Shown here: positions 8,865 through 21,780 of the stretch, piece after piece
How positions within the stretch are numbered: position 1 is the first letter of the stretch
How the letters are laid out: each line of letters opens with the position of its first letter
Assembly (NCBI GenBank): GCA_031409275.1
Contig: JANNXA010000024.1
Location: 46,763-110,762, forward strand
Direction: 5' to 3'
Source: Planctomycetota bacterium
GTDB lineage: Bacteria > Planctomycetota > B15-G4 > SIAN01
Length of the DNA: 64,000 bases
Notes under the pieces: generated by a model
Seen by the model: only the letters and a program-made list of their open reading frames with translations
What the model was told of the DNA's origin: nothing
Database searches by the model: none
Position numbers and translations under genes: made by a program

Positions 8865-11800
8865 GCCGACCGCTGAGCCGACTCGTCGCGATCCTCGAAA
8901 CCGCGGACGACGCGCTGCGCCACCGTTCGCTGGAGGCCGCGGTCGCCGGGCTCGATGTCGAAGCGCTGCTGCACGAGTGCCGGGCGCTCGACGCGTTCCG
9001 CGCGCGCACCGACAACCTCTACCAGCGCGTGCGCGCCCTCTTCTTCCTGCAGGCGATCCACCGCTACCACCTCGCCGCGCGCGCGCAGCGGCTCCCCGCC
9101 GCCGGCGGCCGCATCCCGTACGACGGCCAGCAGCTGCTGCTCGACCGCCGTTTCGAGGAGGCGATCGCCTGCTTCCGGCGCACGCTTGACGACGCGGGCG
9201 TGAGCGAAGCGCTCTGCTCCGCGCTGGCCGCCGCCTACCGCGGGCTCGCGTTCCAGACGCTCGCCGATCAGGTGCGCCGCAGCGTGCGCAGCGTGCGCGG
9301 CAACCAATGGATGTTCCGCTGCGGCCATCCGCTCGATCAGCCGCTGCGGCTGCGTCCCGAACTGCTGGAACGCGATGTTGCCGGCCACTACCCGCTGCTG
9401 GTCGAACGCACGCCGGTGCGCATGGACCTCACCCATTGCGGCTGGAGCGACATCTTCTTCCTCGGCATGGACCATCCCGAGGGCGCGCGCGTGCTGAACG
9501 TCTCGATCGACCTCGGCGTGCATGGCCGTGATGCGGCACCGGCGCCGCCGGTCGAGTGTTCGCTGCGCGTGATCGACGAGCCGCTGCTGCGCCTCACCAG
9601 CGTCGACCTCGGCGCCACCGCCGACGTCGCGGAACTGCCGCTGCTGTTCGACTTCGCGCGCGACTACCTCGGCCTGCTGAAGGCGGCGCTGCTCGCCGCC
9701 GGGCTCGTGCCGCCAGGTATCGAAGGATCGGGCACGACGCTGCAGCAGTTGCTGGCGCAGCTGGTCGGTGAAGGACGCGGACTGGAGATCGTGGCGCACG
9801 TGCGCGGCATCCCGAAGGGCTCGCGCCTCGCCGTGTCGACCACGCTGCTCGGCTCGCTGATCGCCTTGTGCATGCGCGCGACCGGACAGACGCGCGCGCT
9901 GACGGGCACGCTCGAGGAAGCGGAGCGGCGCACCTGCGCGGCGCGCGCGATCCTCGGCGAGTGGCTCGGCGGCTCGGGCGGCGGCTGGCAGGACTCGGGC
10001 GGGCTGTGGCCGGGCATCAAGCTGATCGAAGGGGTCGCGACGGCAGCGGGCGACCCGGAACACGGGACGAGCCGTGGCCGCCTGCTGCCGCGCCACACGT
10101 TGCTCGGCCGCGAACGCGTTCCCGACTCGACGCGCGCGCAGCTGACGCGCTCGCTCGTGCTGGTGCACGGAGGCATGGCGCAGAACGTCGGCCCCATCCT
10201 CGAGATGGTGACCGAGAAGTACCTGCTGCGCAGCGACCTTGAATGGCGGGCGCGCCAGGAGACCGGCGCCATCCTCGAGCAGCTGCTCGTCGCGCTGGCG
10301 CACGGCGACATGAAGTCGCTGGCCGAAGCGACCACGCGCAACTTCTTCGGGCCGTTGACCACGATCATTCCGCAGGCGACCAACGCCTTCACCGAGTCGG
10401 TGATCGAGCGGGTCAAGCAGCGCTTCGGCGCGCGCTTCCTCGGCTTCTGGATGCTGGGCGGCATGTCGGGCGGCGGGATGGGTTTCCTCTTCGAACCGGA
10501 GCCGATCACCGACGCGGCCCCCGACGCGGCCCGCACCGCCGATCCGCTGGCGGCGACCAAGCGCGAGCTGCAGCAGATCCTCTCCTCGGCGAAGCGCGAG
10601 CTGCAGGACGCGCTCCCCTTCGCGATGGAGCCGGTCGTCTACGACTTCGCCATCAATGACCACGGCACGCGGGCACAGTGGAGCGCGCCGCGAGTCGCCG
10701 TCGCGCCGCACCCCGCCAACGCGACCACGGCCGCGGCGAGCGACGCGCCGCTACCCGAGCTGCTGGCGCGGCTCGGCTTCGATCGCGTCGAGCACGAGCA
10801 GATCCGCGTTGATCTGAGGGCCGGCCGCATCGGGCTCGCGCAGAATCGGCTGCCCGCGCACAGCGTGCTGCGCGACGCCGAGCCAGGCGACGTCGCCGAC
10901 CTGCGCGCCGGTGCTGGTGCCGAGGAGGTCGCGCGCGGCACGGCGGCGCTGCAGCGCGGCGAAGTGGCGGTGCTCACGCTCGCGGCCGGCGCCGGCAGTC
11001 GCTGGAGCGGCGGCGCGAACGTCGTGAAGGCGCTCTTCCCGTTCGCCAAGTTCGATGGCCGATTCCGCAGCTTCCTCGACGTGCATCTCGCCAAGAGCCG
11101 GCGCGTGGCACGCGCGGCCGGCGTGCCGCTGCCCCACTTCGTCGCCACCAGCTCCTTCACGCATGAAGCGATCGCACGCCAACTCGCGCTGCGCACCGGA
11201 TCGGAACCGCGCGAGCGCGACGTCGAAGTCGAGCTGTCGCCCGGCCGCGCCGTCGGCCTGCGGCTGATCCCGATGGAGCGCGACCTGCGCTTCGCGTGGG
11301 AGGAGACGCGCCACCAGCGGCTCGACGTGCAGGCGCAGAAGGTGCGCGAAAGCCTGCATGCGGCGCTGATCGGGTGGGCGCGCGGTGCGGGCGAAGGCGA
11401 CGACTACACCGACAACCTCGCGGTGCAGTGCCTCCATCCCGTCGGCCACTTCTACGAGCTGCCCAACCTGCTGAAAAACGGTCGCCTCGCCCGATTGCTG
11501 CGCGAGCGGCCGCAACTCTCGACGCTGCTGCTGCACAACATCGACACGCTCGGCGCCGACGTCGACGCGGGCCTGCTCGGCCACCATCTGCGCCAGGTCG
11601 AGGATGGCGGCGCGCTCACCTTCGAGGTGATCGGCCGGCAGCTCGAGGATCGCGGCGGTGGTCTCGCGCGGGTCGATGGTCGGCTGCGGCTGGTTGAAGG
11701 GTTGGCGCTGCCGCGCGAGGAGCAGGAGCTCGAACTGCGCTGGTACAACACGATGACGACGTGGATCGACATCGACTCGCTGCTGGCGCGCTTCGGCCTC

Positions 11801-12142
11801 ACGCGCGAGCTGCTCCTGCGCAGCGCCGAGCCGGACACCGCCAGCGCCGAAGCGGCCGCTGCCGCGATCGCGACCGCGGTGCGCCGCGTCGCCGCCGAAC
11901 TGCCCACCTACGTCACGCTGAAGGACGTGAAGAAGCGCTGGGGCCAGGCGCAGGAGGATGTCTTCCCCGTCACCCAGTTCGAGAAGTTGTGGAGCGACCT
12001 CACCGCGCTGCCGCAGCTCGACTGCCGCTACGTCGCCGTCCCGCGCGTGCGCGGCCAGCAGTTGAAGGAGCCCGCCCAGCTCGATCCGTGGCTGCGCGAC
12101 GGCAGCGCCGCCGCCATCGCCGCGCGCTGCGACTTCCACTGA
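8861..12142 (+). CDS. Bifunctional GHMP-family sugar kinase / UDP-sugar pyrophosphorylase fusion
   Basis: N-half: [30 protein letters not shown] (GHMP/fucokinase-like). C-half: [35 protein letters not shown] (UDPGP-like). ATGA overlap with upstream gene. Confidence 0.8.
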   Translation: MSRPLSRLVAILETADDALRHRSLEAAVAGLDVEALLHECRALDAFRARTDNLYQRVRALFFLQAIHRYHLAARAQRLPAAGGRIPYDGQQLLLDRRFEEAIACFRRTLDDAGVSEALCSALAAAYRGLAFQTLADQVRRSVRSVRGNQWMFRCGHPLDQPLRLRPELLERDVAGHYPLLVERTPVRMDLTHCGWSDIFFLGMDHPEGARVLNVSIDLGVHGRDAAPAPPVECSLRVIDEPLLRLTSVDLGATADVAELPLLFDFARDYLGLLKAALLAAGLVPPGIEGSGTTLQQLLAQLVGEGRGLEIVAHVRGIPKGSRLAVSTTLLGSLIALCMRATGQTRALTGTLEEAERRTCAARAILGEWLGGSGGGWQDSGGLWPGIKLIEGVATAAGDPEHGTSRGRLLPRHTLLGRERVPDSTRAQLTRSLVLVHGGMAQNVGPILEMVTEKYLLRSDLEWRARQETGAILEQLLVALAHGDMKSLAEATTRNFFGPLTTIIPQATNAFTESVIERVKQRFGARFLGFWMLGGMSGGGMGFLFEPEPITDAAPDAARTADPLAATKRELQQILSSAKRELQDALPFAMEPVVYDFAINDHGTRAQWSAPRVAVAPHPANATTAAASDAPLPELLARLGFDRVEHEQIRVDLRAGRIGLAQNRLPAHSVLRDAEPGDVADLRAGAGAEEVARGTAALQRGEVAVLTLAAGAGSRWSGGANVVKALFPFAKFDGRFRSFLDVHLAKSRRVARAAGVPLPHFVATSSFTHEAIARQLALRTGSEPRERDVEVELSPGRAVGLRLIPMERDLRFAWEETRHQRLDVQAQKVRESLHAALIGWARGAGEGDDYTDNLAVQCLHPVGHFYELPNLLKNGRLARLLRERPQLSTLLLHNIDTLGADVDAGLLGHHLRQVEDGGALTFEVIGRQLEDRGGGLARVDGRLRLVEGLALPREEQELELRWYNTMTTWIDIDSLLARFGLTRELLLRSAEPDTASAEAAAAAIATAVRRVAAELPTYVTLKDVKKRWGQAQEDVFPVTQFEKLWSDLTALPQLDCRYVAVPRVRGQQLKEPAQLDPWLRDGSAAAIAARCDFH

Positions 12143-12170
12143 CCGCGACGACGCGGCTCGCCCGGTCCGC

Positions 12171-14144
<1,974 letters not shown>

Positions 14145-14286
14145 GAACGGATCTCGACCGGCCCGACCAAGCCGCGCGCCGCGCAACAGGAGCAAAGGCG
14201 CGGCCGTCGCGATCGCGGCGGCCGAGAAACTGCGGGGTCAGGACCAGCGCGCTGAAGAGTAGCGCTGTCAGGGCCGGCGAGGCGGC

Positions 14287-15090
14287 TCAGAACCTCACCG
14301 ACAGCGTCGCGAGCGGGCCGGAGAAGTCGAAGTCGCCGTCGTTGGTCGTCTCGTTGAAGTCCCAGACCATCCAGCGATAGCCCAAGCCGACGCGAATGGC
14401 GTCGGAGATGGGGTAGAGCAGCTCGGCGCCCCAGTCGTAGAGGCGGCGGTGGAACGAGTTGGCGGCCAGCGCGCCGTAGAGGTCGAGCGTCGCGCCGCTG
14501 CCGAAGTCGGTCGTCCATTGCGCGTGGGCGCCGGGGTAGACGCGGCTGAACTCCCGGTCCTCGTTCGCGCCGCTCGGCGCGGCCGTCACGTGAGTGTCGA
14601 GGTTCCACCACCAGGCGCCGAGCCCGACTCGGAATGCGTCCGCGGTGTCCTTCTCCTTCGAGAAGGCGTAGTCCCACTTGAGCGCCCAGGTGGTGAGGTC
14701 GAGGTCGCTCGAGACGCGATCCCCCTTGGGGTAGGAAGCGCCGTGGAACTGGTAGCCGCGCGTGATGTCGTTGCTGCCGCTGAAGCCGAGCGGGATGTAC
14801 TCGATGCCGAAGCGGTGCTCGCCCATGTCGAGCGAGGCGTTCCACAGCAGCTCCCGATCGCTGTCGAGGCCGAGCTGGTCCGAGAGGCCGGCGTGGGTCG
14901 ACGTCGCGGGCTGCGACCCCGCCTCGATGTCGAGGTGGCCGTCGGGTTTCGCCTGCCAGTACTTCGCGCCGAACTCGAAGCTCGATTCGCTCGGTCGCCC
15001 GGCCGGCGCCGGCAGCGGCAACGCGGAGCAGCCGGCCGCGGCGAGGGCCGCCCACAGCGCCGGAACGGACTTCAAGCGCCACGTCGTCAT
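14287..15090 (-). CDS. Putative outer-membrane beta-barrel (lipo)protein
   Basis: Lipobox-like AAAGC, alternating amphipathic strands, C-terminal F (LSVRF). Confidence 0.7.
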   Translation of the reverse strand: MTTWRLKSVPALWAALAAAGCSALPLPAPAGRPSESSFEFGAKYWQAKPDGHLDIEAGSQPATSTHAGLSDQLGLDSDRELLWNASLDMGEHRFGIEYIPLGFSGSNDITRGYQFHGASYPKGDRVSSDLDLTTWALKWDYAFSKEKDTADAFRVGLGAWWWNLDTHVTAAPSGANEDREFSRVYPGAHAQWTTDFGSGATLDLYGALAANSFHRRLYDWGAELLYPISDAIRVGLGYRWMVWDFNETTNDGDFDFSGPLATLSVRF

Positions 15091-15228
15091 CGTGAACTCC
15101 ATCGCGGGGAGGAAACGGCGCGCCGCCGCGACATCGATGCCGACGCGCACGGGCGCGGTCGCCGTTTTCAGCTGGCGACAGTACAGCGGCTTGGCGGGGT
15201 CGGTGCGACCGCGTATGAACGCGGCCCC

Positions 15229-16104
15229 ATGCAGGAACGCGGAACCACCCGGCTCAAGTGGGCCTTCGTCGGCCCGACGCTGCTCTTTCTGCTGGCGTTC
15301 AACCTCTTCCCGCTCGTCTGGAGCATCGTGCTCGGGTTCCGGAACGACGAGCTGGTGGGCGGCGATTCGCGCTTCGTCGGCAGCGCCAACTACGCGCGCG
15401 TCTTCGCCGACCCTCGCTTCGCGGAAGCGGTGCGGCTCACTGCGCGCTTCGTCGGGCTCGCCGTCCTGCTCGAGCTGCTGGTCGGCTTCACGCTGGCGCT
15501 GGCGCTTCAGCGCGACTTCAAGGGCAAGAGCGCGGTCCTCACCACGCTGCTGATCCCGATGATGCTGTCGCCGGCAGTGGTCGGCCTCTTCTGGAACCTG
15601 ATCCTGAACGGCAACTACGGGATCCTGAACCAGCTGCTCGCCGCCGTCGGGCTGCCCGCGCCGCAATGGACCACCGATCGCGACTGGAAGTTCACCTCGA
15701 TCCTGCTGGTCGACCTGTGGATGTGGACGCCGTTCATGCTGCTGATCTCGCTGGCGGCGCTGAACGCCATTCCGAAGTCGCTCTACGAAGCGGCGGAGAT
15801 CGACCGCGCCGGCACGCTGACCGTGTTCCGCCGCATCACGCTGCCGATGGTCGCGCCCCTGCTCGGGCTCGCCGTGCTGCTGCGCGCGACCGACGCGCTG
15901 AAGCAGTTCGACCTCGTCATGGCCATCACCGGTCCCAACGACGCCAAGACGCAGACGCTCTCCACGCTGCTCTATCAGGTCGTCTTTCGCGACGGCAAGG
16001 TCGGCCTCGGGGCGAGCTTCGCGTGCGTCGTGCTGGTGGCGGTGATCGCCGTCGCGACGCTCTTCACGCGCTACATGGAACGGCTGCAGGAGCGGCCCTC
16101 ATGA
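15229..16104 (+). CDS. Sugar ABC transporter permease
   Basis: Six TM segments; EAA loop YEAAEIDRA; WMWTPF. Confidence 0.93.
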   Translation: MQERGTTRLKWAFVGPTLLFLLAFNLFPLVWSIVLGFRNDELVGGDSRFVGSANYARVFADPRFAEAVRLTARFVGLAVLLELLVGFTLALALQRDFKGKSAVLTTLLIPMMLSPAVVGLFWNLILNGNYGILNQLLAAVGLPAPQWTTDRDWKFTSILLVDLWMWTPFMLLISLAALNAIPKSLYEAAEIDRAGTLTVFRRITLPMVAPLLGLAVLLRATDALKQFDLVMAITGPNDAKTQTLSTLLYQVVFRDGKVGLGASFACVVLVAVIAVATLFTRYMERLQERPS

Positions 16105-16976
16105 GGTGGCTCTCCCGGCTCCTGGTGGGCGGCTACCTGCTGCTGGCGACGCTGCCGCTGGTGTGGATGGCGGTGACGTCGTTCAAGGCGAAGCCCGACG
16201 CGATCAGCCTCCATCCGCGCTTCGTGCCGATTTTTACGGCGCCGGCCGAAGGCGCCGACGACGCGGAGCGCTCGACCTTCGTGGCCACGCGCGAGGCGTA
16301 CGCCAAGCTCGGCGAAGTGCAGACCGGTGCGCGCGCGAGCTACTTCGAGCACCTCGGCAACAGCGCGCTGATCGGGCTGCTCTCCACGCTGCTCTCGGTG
16401 GCGCTCGGGACGCTGGCGGCCTACGGCTTCAGCCGCTTCGAGATCGCCGGCAGCAAGGACTGGCTCTTCTTCATCCTGTCGACACGCTTCCTGCCGGCGC
16501 TGGCCGTCGTCGTGCCGGTGCTGATCATGTACCGCGAGCTCGGACTGCTCGGCACCCACCTCGGCCTGGTGCTGCTCTACACGGCGTTCAACCTGTCGTT
16601 GGCGGTGTGGCTGATGAAGGGATTCATCGACGAGATCCCGCGCGCGTTCGAGGAGGCGGCGCTGGTCGACGGCTACTCGCGGCTGCAGGCGTTCTTCCGC
16701 GTGATCCTGCCGCAGGCGCGCACCGGGATGGCGGTGACCGCGGTCTTCTGCCTGATCTCGGCGTGGAACGAGTACGGCTTCGCGATGACGCTGAACAGCT
16801 CGGGCGCGCTGACCGTGCCGGCCTACTTCGCCGGGCTGCAGGGCAACCTCGAGGGGATGCCGTGGCCGCAGGTCGCGGCCGGCGCGCTGATCTTCGTGGC
16901 GCCGATCGTCCTCTTCACCGTGCTGGTGCGCCGCCACCTGCTGCGCGGCATGACCTTCGGGACGATCAAGCAGTGA
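16101..16976 (+). CDS. Sugar ABC transporter permease
   Basis: AAYGFSRF, EEAALVDG, AWNEY; ATGA overlap. Confidence 0.93.
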   Translation: MRWLSRLLVGGYLLLATLPLVWMAVTSFKAKPDAISLHPRFVPIFTAPAEGADDAERSTFVATREAYAKLGEVQTGARASYFEHLGNSALIGLLSTLLSVALGTLAAYGFSRFEIAGSKDWLFFILSTRFLPALAVVVPVLIMYRELGLLGTHLGLVLLYTAFNLSLAVWLMKGFIDEIPRAFEEAALVDGYSRLQAFFRVILPQARTGMAVTAVFCLISAWNEYGFAMTLNSSGALTVPAYFAGLQGNLEGMPWPQVAAGALIFVAPIVLFTVLVRRHLLRGMTFGTIKQ

Positions 16977-17155
16977 TCTCTCGAGCGGCCCGCCGACTCT
17001 TCGACCGCGCCACGCTGGCCACGATGGTCGCCGGCCTCGCGCTGCTGCTGCAGCCGTGGTGGGATGGCGGCTTGCGCGTCGGCTTCTTCGTGACGCTGGC
17101 GGGCGTCGTGCTGCAGACCATCGCGGGCCATCTGCGCGACGAGGGCGGCGCATGA
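16973..17155 (+). CDS. Small two-TM membrane protein within the ABC operon
   Basis: 60-aa ORF (VISRAARR...LQPW...GFFVTLAGVVLQTIAGHL) coupled by 4-nt overlaps to both neighbours. Confidence 0.7.
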   Translation: MISRAARRLFDRATLATMVAGLALLLQPWWDGGLRVGFFVTLAGVVLQTIAGHLRDEGGA

Positions 17156-18234
17156 GCGCCCACCTCGAGCTCGAGCGGCTCACGAAGACCTACCCCGACG
17201 GCACACGCGCCGTGAAGGGGATCGACTTCGCGGCGACGGCCGGCGAGTTCGTCGTGCTGCTCGGCCCGAGCGGCTGCGGCAAGACGACGACGCTGCGCAT
17301 GACGGCGGGGCTCGAGCTGCCGACCGGCGGCACGATCCGGCTGGCCGGCGTCGACGTCTCGCAGCAGCGCCCATCGCGCCGCGACGTCGGCTTCGTCTTC
17401 CAGTTCTATGCGCTCTACCCCCATCTCACCGTCGCGCAGAACCTCGCCTTCCCGCTCGATTGCGTCGGCACGCCGCGCGCCACGCGCGACGCCGCCGTCG
17501 CCGACCTCGCGCGCCGCCTCGACCTCGAATCGCTGCTCTCCCGCAAGCCGCGCGAGCTGTCGGGCGGCGATCAGCAGCGGGTGGCGCTCGGCCGCGCGAT
17601 GATCCGCCGCCCGCAGATCTGGCTGATGGACGAGCCGCTCGGCACGCTCGACGCCGACCGCCGCCTCGCGATGTGCGAGTTCCTGCGCGTGCAACAGCTC
17701 GACGCGAAGGTGACGACGCTCTACGTCACGCACGATCAGGAGGAGGCGATGCGGCTCGCCGACCGCATCGTCGTCATGCACGACGGCAAGATCGAGCAGG
17801 TCGGCGCGCCGATGGCGGTCTACGCCGAACCCGCCTCGCTCTTCGTCGCCCACTTCGTCGGCAGCCCGGGCATGAACTTCTTCGAGGGGCGGCTCGAACG
17901 CGATGCCGGAGGGTGGCGCTTCGTCACGGCGAATGGCGTCGAGCTGCCGCTGCCCGACGCGTTGACCCGCGCGTCGCTACGCGACGGCACGACGACGCTG
18001 GGCGTGCGACCCGAGTTCGTCCGCCTCGCCAAGGACGGCCCGTTGCGCGGCAGCGTGGTGCAGGACGAATACCTCGGCGCCAGCCGTTGCCTCCACCTCG
18101 ACACGCCATGCGGGCCGCTCGTCGCGCGGGTCGCCGCCGATGCCGGCGCCGCGATCGGCGCCACCGTCGCGCTCGACTTCGCGCGCGAGCACGTGCGACT
18201 CTTCGATCCGGCCAGCGGAGCGCGACTGCGATGA
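17152..18234 (+). CDS. Sugar ABC transporter ATP-binding protein
   Basis: GPSGCGKT, VFQFYALYPH, LSGGDQQR, DEP, HDQEEA, TOBE C-terminus. Confidence 0.93.
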   Translation: MSAHLELERLTKTYPDGTRAVKGIDFAATAGEFVVLLGPSGCGKTTTLRMTAGLELPTGGTIRLAGVDVSQQRPSRRDVGFVFQFYALYPHLTVAQNLAFPLDCVGTPRATRDAAVADLARRLDLESLLSRKPRELSGGDQQRVALGRAMIRRPQIWLMDEPLGTLDADRRLAMCEFLRVQQLDAKVTTLYVTHDQEEAMRLADRIVVMHDGKIEQVGAPMAVYAEPASLFVAHFVGSPGMNFFEGRLERDAGGWRFVTANGVELPLPDALTRASLRDGTTTLGVRPEFVRLAKDGPLRGSVVQDEYLGASRCLHLDTPCGPLVARVAADAGAAIGATVALDFAREHVRLFDPASGARLR

Positions 18235-19340
18235 GTCCCGCCGCGCAAGACGTCCCCGCGCTCCATCTCGACGGGGTCACCAAGCGCTTCGGTCGCGGCC
18301 AGCGCGCCGTCGTCGCATTGTCCGACGTCAGCTTCGACGTCGGCGCCAACGAACGAGTGGTGGTGCTTGGCGCGACCGGCGCCGGCAAGACGACGCTGCT
18401 GCGCGTCATCGCCGGCCTCGAAACTCCCGACGGCGGCCGCCTCGCGCTCGCAGGCCGCGACGCCGCACCGCTCGAACCGGCGCAGCGCGACGTCGCGCTG
18501 GTCTTCCAGAACTTCTCGCTCTACCCGCACTTGAGCGTGCGCGACAACCTCGCCTTCCCGCTTCGCGCTCCGGGTCGCGCGCTGGCCACCAGCGAAGTGA
18601 CGAAACGCGTCGACGAAGCGGCGGCGCTGCTGCGCATCACGCGGCTGCTCGATCGGCCGGCGAAGAACCTCTCGGGCGGCGAGATGCAGCGCGTCGCCAT
18701 CGGCCGCGCCATCGTCCGCCGACCGCGCCTCTTCCTGCTCGACGAGCCGCTGACCAACCTCGACGCGAAACTGCGCGAGTCGCTGCGCCTCGAGCTCGTG
18801 AAGCTCTTCCGCGAGCTCGCGGTGCCGGTGGTCTACGTGACGCACGATCAGGCCGAAGCGCTGTCGATGGCGGACCGCATCGTCGTGCTGGCGCATGGCC
18901 GCGTGCTGCAAAGCGGAACGCCGCGCGAGATCTACCTGGCGCCAGCGACGCCCGCGGTCGCGCGACAGCTCGGCCAGCCAACCATCAACCTGATCGACGT
19001 CGAACGGCGTGGCGCGGCGTGGTGCGCGCTCGACGGCACGCCGCTGCTGCGCGCCGATGCGGAGGCGGCGCGCGGCGCGGGCGGGGCGACGCGCGCGCTG
19101 CTGGGCGTACGCCCCGAGCAAGGGCGCCTGCATGCCAGCGCCACGCCGGGCACTTTCGCGGGGCGAGTCGAGCTGGTCGAGGAGTGCGGGCCGCATCGCA
19201 TCGTGGCCGTCCACGCGCTCGGCCAGACGCTGCGCTTCGCGGTCGCCAACGATCGATCGTTCGCGCCGGGCGCACCGCTGCAGATCGAGTTGCCGCCGGA
19301 GCAACTGCTGCTCTGGCCCGCCGATCCGTCCGCCCGCTGA
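18231..19340 (+). CDS. Sugar ABC transporter ATP-binding protein (second)
   Basis: GATGAGKT, VFQNFSLYPH, LSGGEMQR, DEPLTNLDAKLR. Confidence 0.93.
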   Translation: MSPAAQDVPALHLDGVTKRFGRGQRAVVALSDVSFDVGANERVVVLGATGAGKTTLLRVIAGLETPDGGRLALAGRDAAPLEPAQRDVALVFQNFSLYPHLSVRDNLAFPLRAPGRALATSEVTKRVDEAAALLRITRLLDRPAKNLSGGEMQRVAIGRAIVRRPRLFLLDEPLTNLDAKLRESLRLELVKLFRELAVPVVYVTHDQAEALSMADRIVVLAHGRVLQSGTPREIYLAPATPAVARQLGQPTINLIDVERRGAAWCALDGTPLLRADAEAARGAGGATRALLGVRPEQGRLHASATPGTFAGRVELVEECGPHRIVAVHALGQTLRFAVANDRSFAPGAPLQIELPPEQLLLWPADPSAR

Positions 19341-19392
19341 CGAGCGCGCACCGAGGCCGCGGCGACTCGGGGGATCTCCCCACTCGCGCGCC

Positions 19393-19418
19393 GGAACCCG
19401 GGGCGACTACGATCCGTC
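19393..19418 (+). promoter_or_regulatory. Possible ECF-sigma promoter upstream of the S8 peptidase
   Basis: GGAAC-N17-CGTC about 100 bp upstream of the ATG; motif match only. Confidence 0.3.
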
Positions 19419-19517
19419 GGAGCGCGACTCGCCGGCTCGGGAAATCCGGCGAGCCACCGTTCGCCCGGCGTGTGCCGGCGCGGACCGCTCGATCCAAGGA
19501 AGAAGAAGGAGAAGCGC

Positions 19518-20849
19518 ATGGACCGCCGACAGGGTCTTCGTTTGGCGCTCGGGCTGCTGGCCGCCTCCGGGCTGTTCGCATTCGCAGGAGAGGAGCCGGC
19601 GCGGCGCAACTACTTGGTGCAGCCCGCGTTCGTCCCGCCGGCCGACGCGCCGGAGTTCGCGCCCGATCGCGTGCTGGTGAAGTGGAAGATCGACATCGAT
19701 CCGCTGCAGATCGACGCACGGCTCGGGCCACTCGGCGCGCGCTGGATCCATCGCGGCGTCGACGGTGCGTTCGACGTGCTGCAGGTCGCGCCCGGCCGCG
19801 TCCTCGAGTGGGTGCGCTACCTCTCGCAGCTCGACGAGATCGAGTACGCCGAGCCCGACTACGTGGCGTGGAAGTCGGGTGCCGCGAACGACACCTACTA
19901 CAACCCCTACCAGTGGAACTTCTTCAACTGGGGGCAGACCTCGAACGGCGTGGTGTCGAACTACGGCGTGCAGGGTGACGCGGCGTGGAACACGACCAGC
20001 GGCACCGGCGTCATCGTCGCGGTGGTCGACACCGGCGTCGCCTACGAGAATTTCGGCGCCTTCGCGCAGGCGCCCGACCTCGCCGGGACGACCTTCGTCG
20101 CCGGCTGGGACTACGTGAACGGCGACGCCCACCCGAACGATGACGAGGGGCACGGCACCCACGTCGCCGGCACCATCGCGCAGACCACCAACAACTCGAG
20201 TGGCTGCGCCGGCCTCGCTTACGGGGCCAGCATCATGCCGGTGAAGGTGCTCGACAGCGCCGGCTCCGGTTACCACAGCTGGATCGCCGACGGCATTCGC
20301 TACGCCGCCAACAACGGCGCCTTCGTCATCAACCTGAGCCTCGGCTCGCGCAGCGGCTCCTCCACGCTGCAGAGCGCGGTCGACTACGCCTGGAGCACCA
20401 AGGGCGTGGTCGTCTGCGCGGCGACCGGCAACGGCGGCAAGAACGGCATCGACTATCCGGCGAAGTACACCAACACCATCGCGGTCGGCGCCACCCGATT
20501 CGACGGCGCGCGCTGCAGCTATTCGAACTGGGGCACCGGCATCGACATCGTCGCGCCGGGCGGTGACACCGGCGTCGACCAGAACGGCGACGGCTACGGC
20601 GACGGCATCCTGCAGCAGACCTTCAGCGGGGGCGTCACCAACTTCGGCTACTACTTCTTCTCCGGCACCTCGATGGCGACGCCGCACGTCGCCGCGACCG
20701 CCGCGCTGGTGAAGGCGAACAAGCCGGCGTACACCAACAACCAGGTCCGCAGCGCCATCCAGACCAAGGCGAAGGATCTCGGCTCCTCCGGCTACGACAC
20801 CAAGTTCGGCAACGGCCTCGTGAGCGCGAAGGATGCGCTGACCTACTGA
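19518..20849 (+). CDS. Secreted S8 (subtilisin/thermitase-like) serine peptidase
   Basis: Signal peptide; catalytic motifs VDTG, HGTHVAG, GTSMATPH. Confidence 0.96.
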   Translation: MDRRQGLRLALGLLAASGLFAFAGEEPARRNYLVQPAFVPPADAPEFAPDRVLVKWKIDIDPLQIDARLGPLGARWIHRGVDGAFDVLQVAPGRVLEWVRYLSQLDEIEYAEPDYVAWKSGAANDTYYNPYQWNFFNWGQTSNGVVSNYGVQGDAAWNTTSGTGVIVAVVDTGVAYENFGAFAQAPDLAGTTFVAGWDYVNGDAHPNDDEGHGTHVAGTIAQTTNNSSGCAGLAYGASIMPVKVLDSAGSGYHSWIADGIRYAANNGAFVINLSLGSRSGSSTLQSAVDYAWSTKGVVVCAATGNGGKNGIDYPAKYTNTIAVGATRFDGARCSYSNWGTGIDIVAPGGDTGVDQNGDGYGDGILQQTFSGGVTNFGYYFFSGTSMATPHVAATAALVKANKPAYTNNQVRSAIQTKAKDLGSSGYDTKFGNGLVSAKDALTY

Positions 20850-20910
20850 CCGCGATCGACGTCGCATCGTGACGCGCTCCGCCTCGCGGACGGCGGCGAG
20901 CGCAGGATGT

Positions 20911-20949
20911 CCGGGGCGTGCGCAGCGATGCGCACGCCCCGGTTCTTTC
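20911..20949 (+). terminator. Rho-independent terminator
   Basis: Perfect 14-bp stem CCGGGGCGTGCGCA, GCGA loop, then TTCTTTC, downstream of the S8 gene. Confidence 0.75.
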
Positions 20950-21030
20950 GGAGCCGAGGCGCCGCACAGGCCGCCGGCGCCATCGACTACCATCCCGCCT
21001 TCGATCGGTACTGAACGCACGGAGCGAACG

Positions 21031-21780
21031 ATGGCCAGCCACTCGCGCATCGAACTCTTCCATCGCCTGCTGGCGAGCGGCCTCCTGCCGACGCTGCCCG
21101 CCGAGCGCGCCGAGGAGACGCTGGCCGGTGCGAACGGGCTGCTGGCGGGCGGCGCCGTCGCCGTAGAGCTGCTCGCGCGTGGCGACCACGCCTACGAGAC
21201 GTTTCGCACCGTGCTCCCGCAGCTTCGCCGCGACCATCCCGACGCGATCGTCGGCGTCGGCTCGATCGTCGACGCGCCGACCGCGGCGCTCTACCTCGCG
21301 AGCGGCGCCGACTTCGTGGTGGGCCCCGATTGCAACGAGGCGGTGGCGCGCGTCTGCAATCGACGCAAAGTCGCGTGGATCCCCGGCTGCGGCACCGTGA
21401 CCGAGATCGGCCGCGCCGAGGAGCTCGGCGCCGAAGTGGTGAAGCTCTTCCCCGCCGCCGCATTCGACGGTCCCGAGTTCGTCCGCTCGCTGCGCGGACC
21501 GCAACCGTGGAGCCGCGTGATGGCGACCGGGAATGCGGTGCCGTTCGACGAAGCGGTGATCACGCGCTGGATCGAGGCGGGCGCATGCGCGCTCAGCATG
21601 GGCCCGTCGCTCGCCGAGCCGCGCCTGCTGGCGGCACGCGATGCGGATGGAATCGCCGCGCGCACCGTGTCGGTGCTGGCGTGGATCGCGGCGGCGCGCC
21701 AACGCGGCACCCGACGCGCCGTCACTTCTCCGAAGGCGGCGGCCGCAGCGCGGCGACCGCCGGCGCGCCGCTCGCGCTGA
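21031..21780 (+). CDS. eda: KDPG/KHG aldolase family protein
   Basis: GVGSIVD, GADFVVGP, IPGCGTVTEI, Schiff-base VKLFP, GPQPW. Confidence 0.85.
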   Translation: MASHSRIELFHRLLASGLLPTLPAERAEETLAGANGLLAGGAVAVELLARGDHAYETFRTVLPQLRRDHPDAIVGVGSIVDAPTAALYLASGADFVVGPDCNEAVARVCNRRKVAWIPGCGTVTEIGRAEELGAEVVKLFPAAAFDGPEFVRSLRGPQPWSRVMATGNAVPFDEAVITRWIEAGACALSMGPSLAEPRLLAARDADGIAARTVSVLAWIAAARQRGTRRAVTSPKAAAAARRPPARRSR

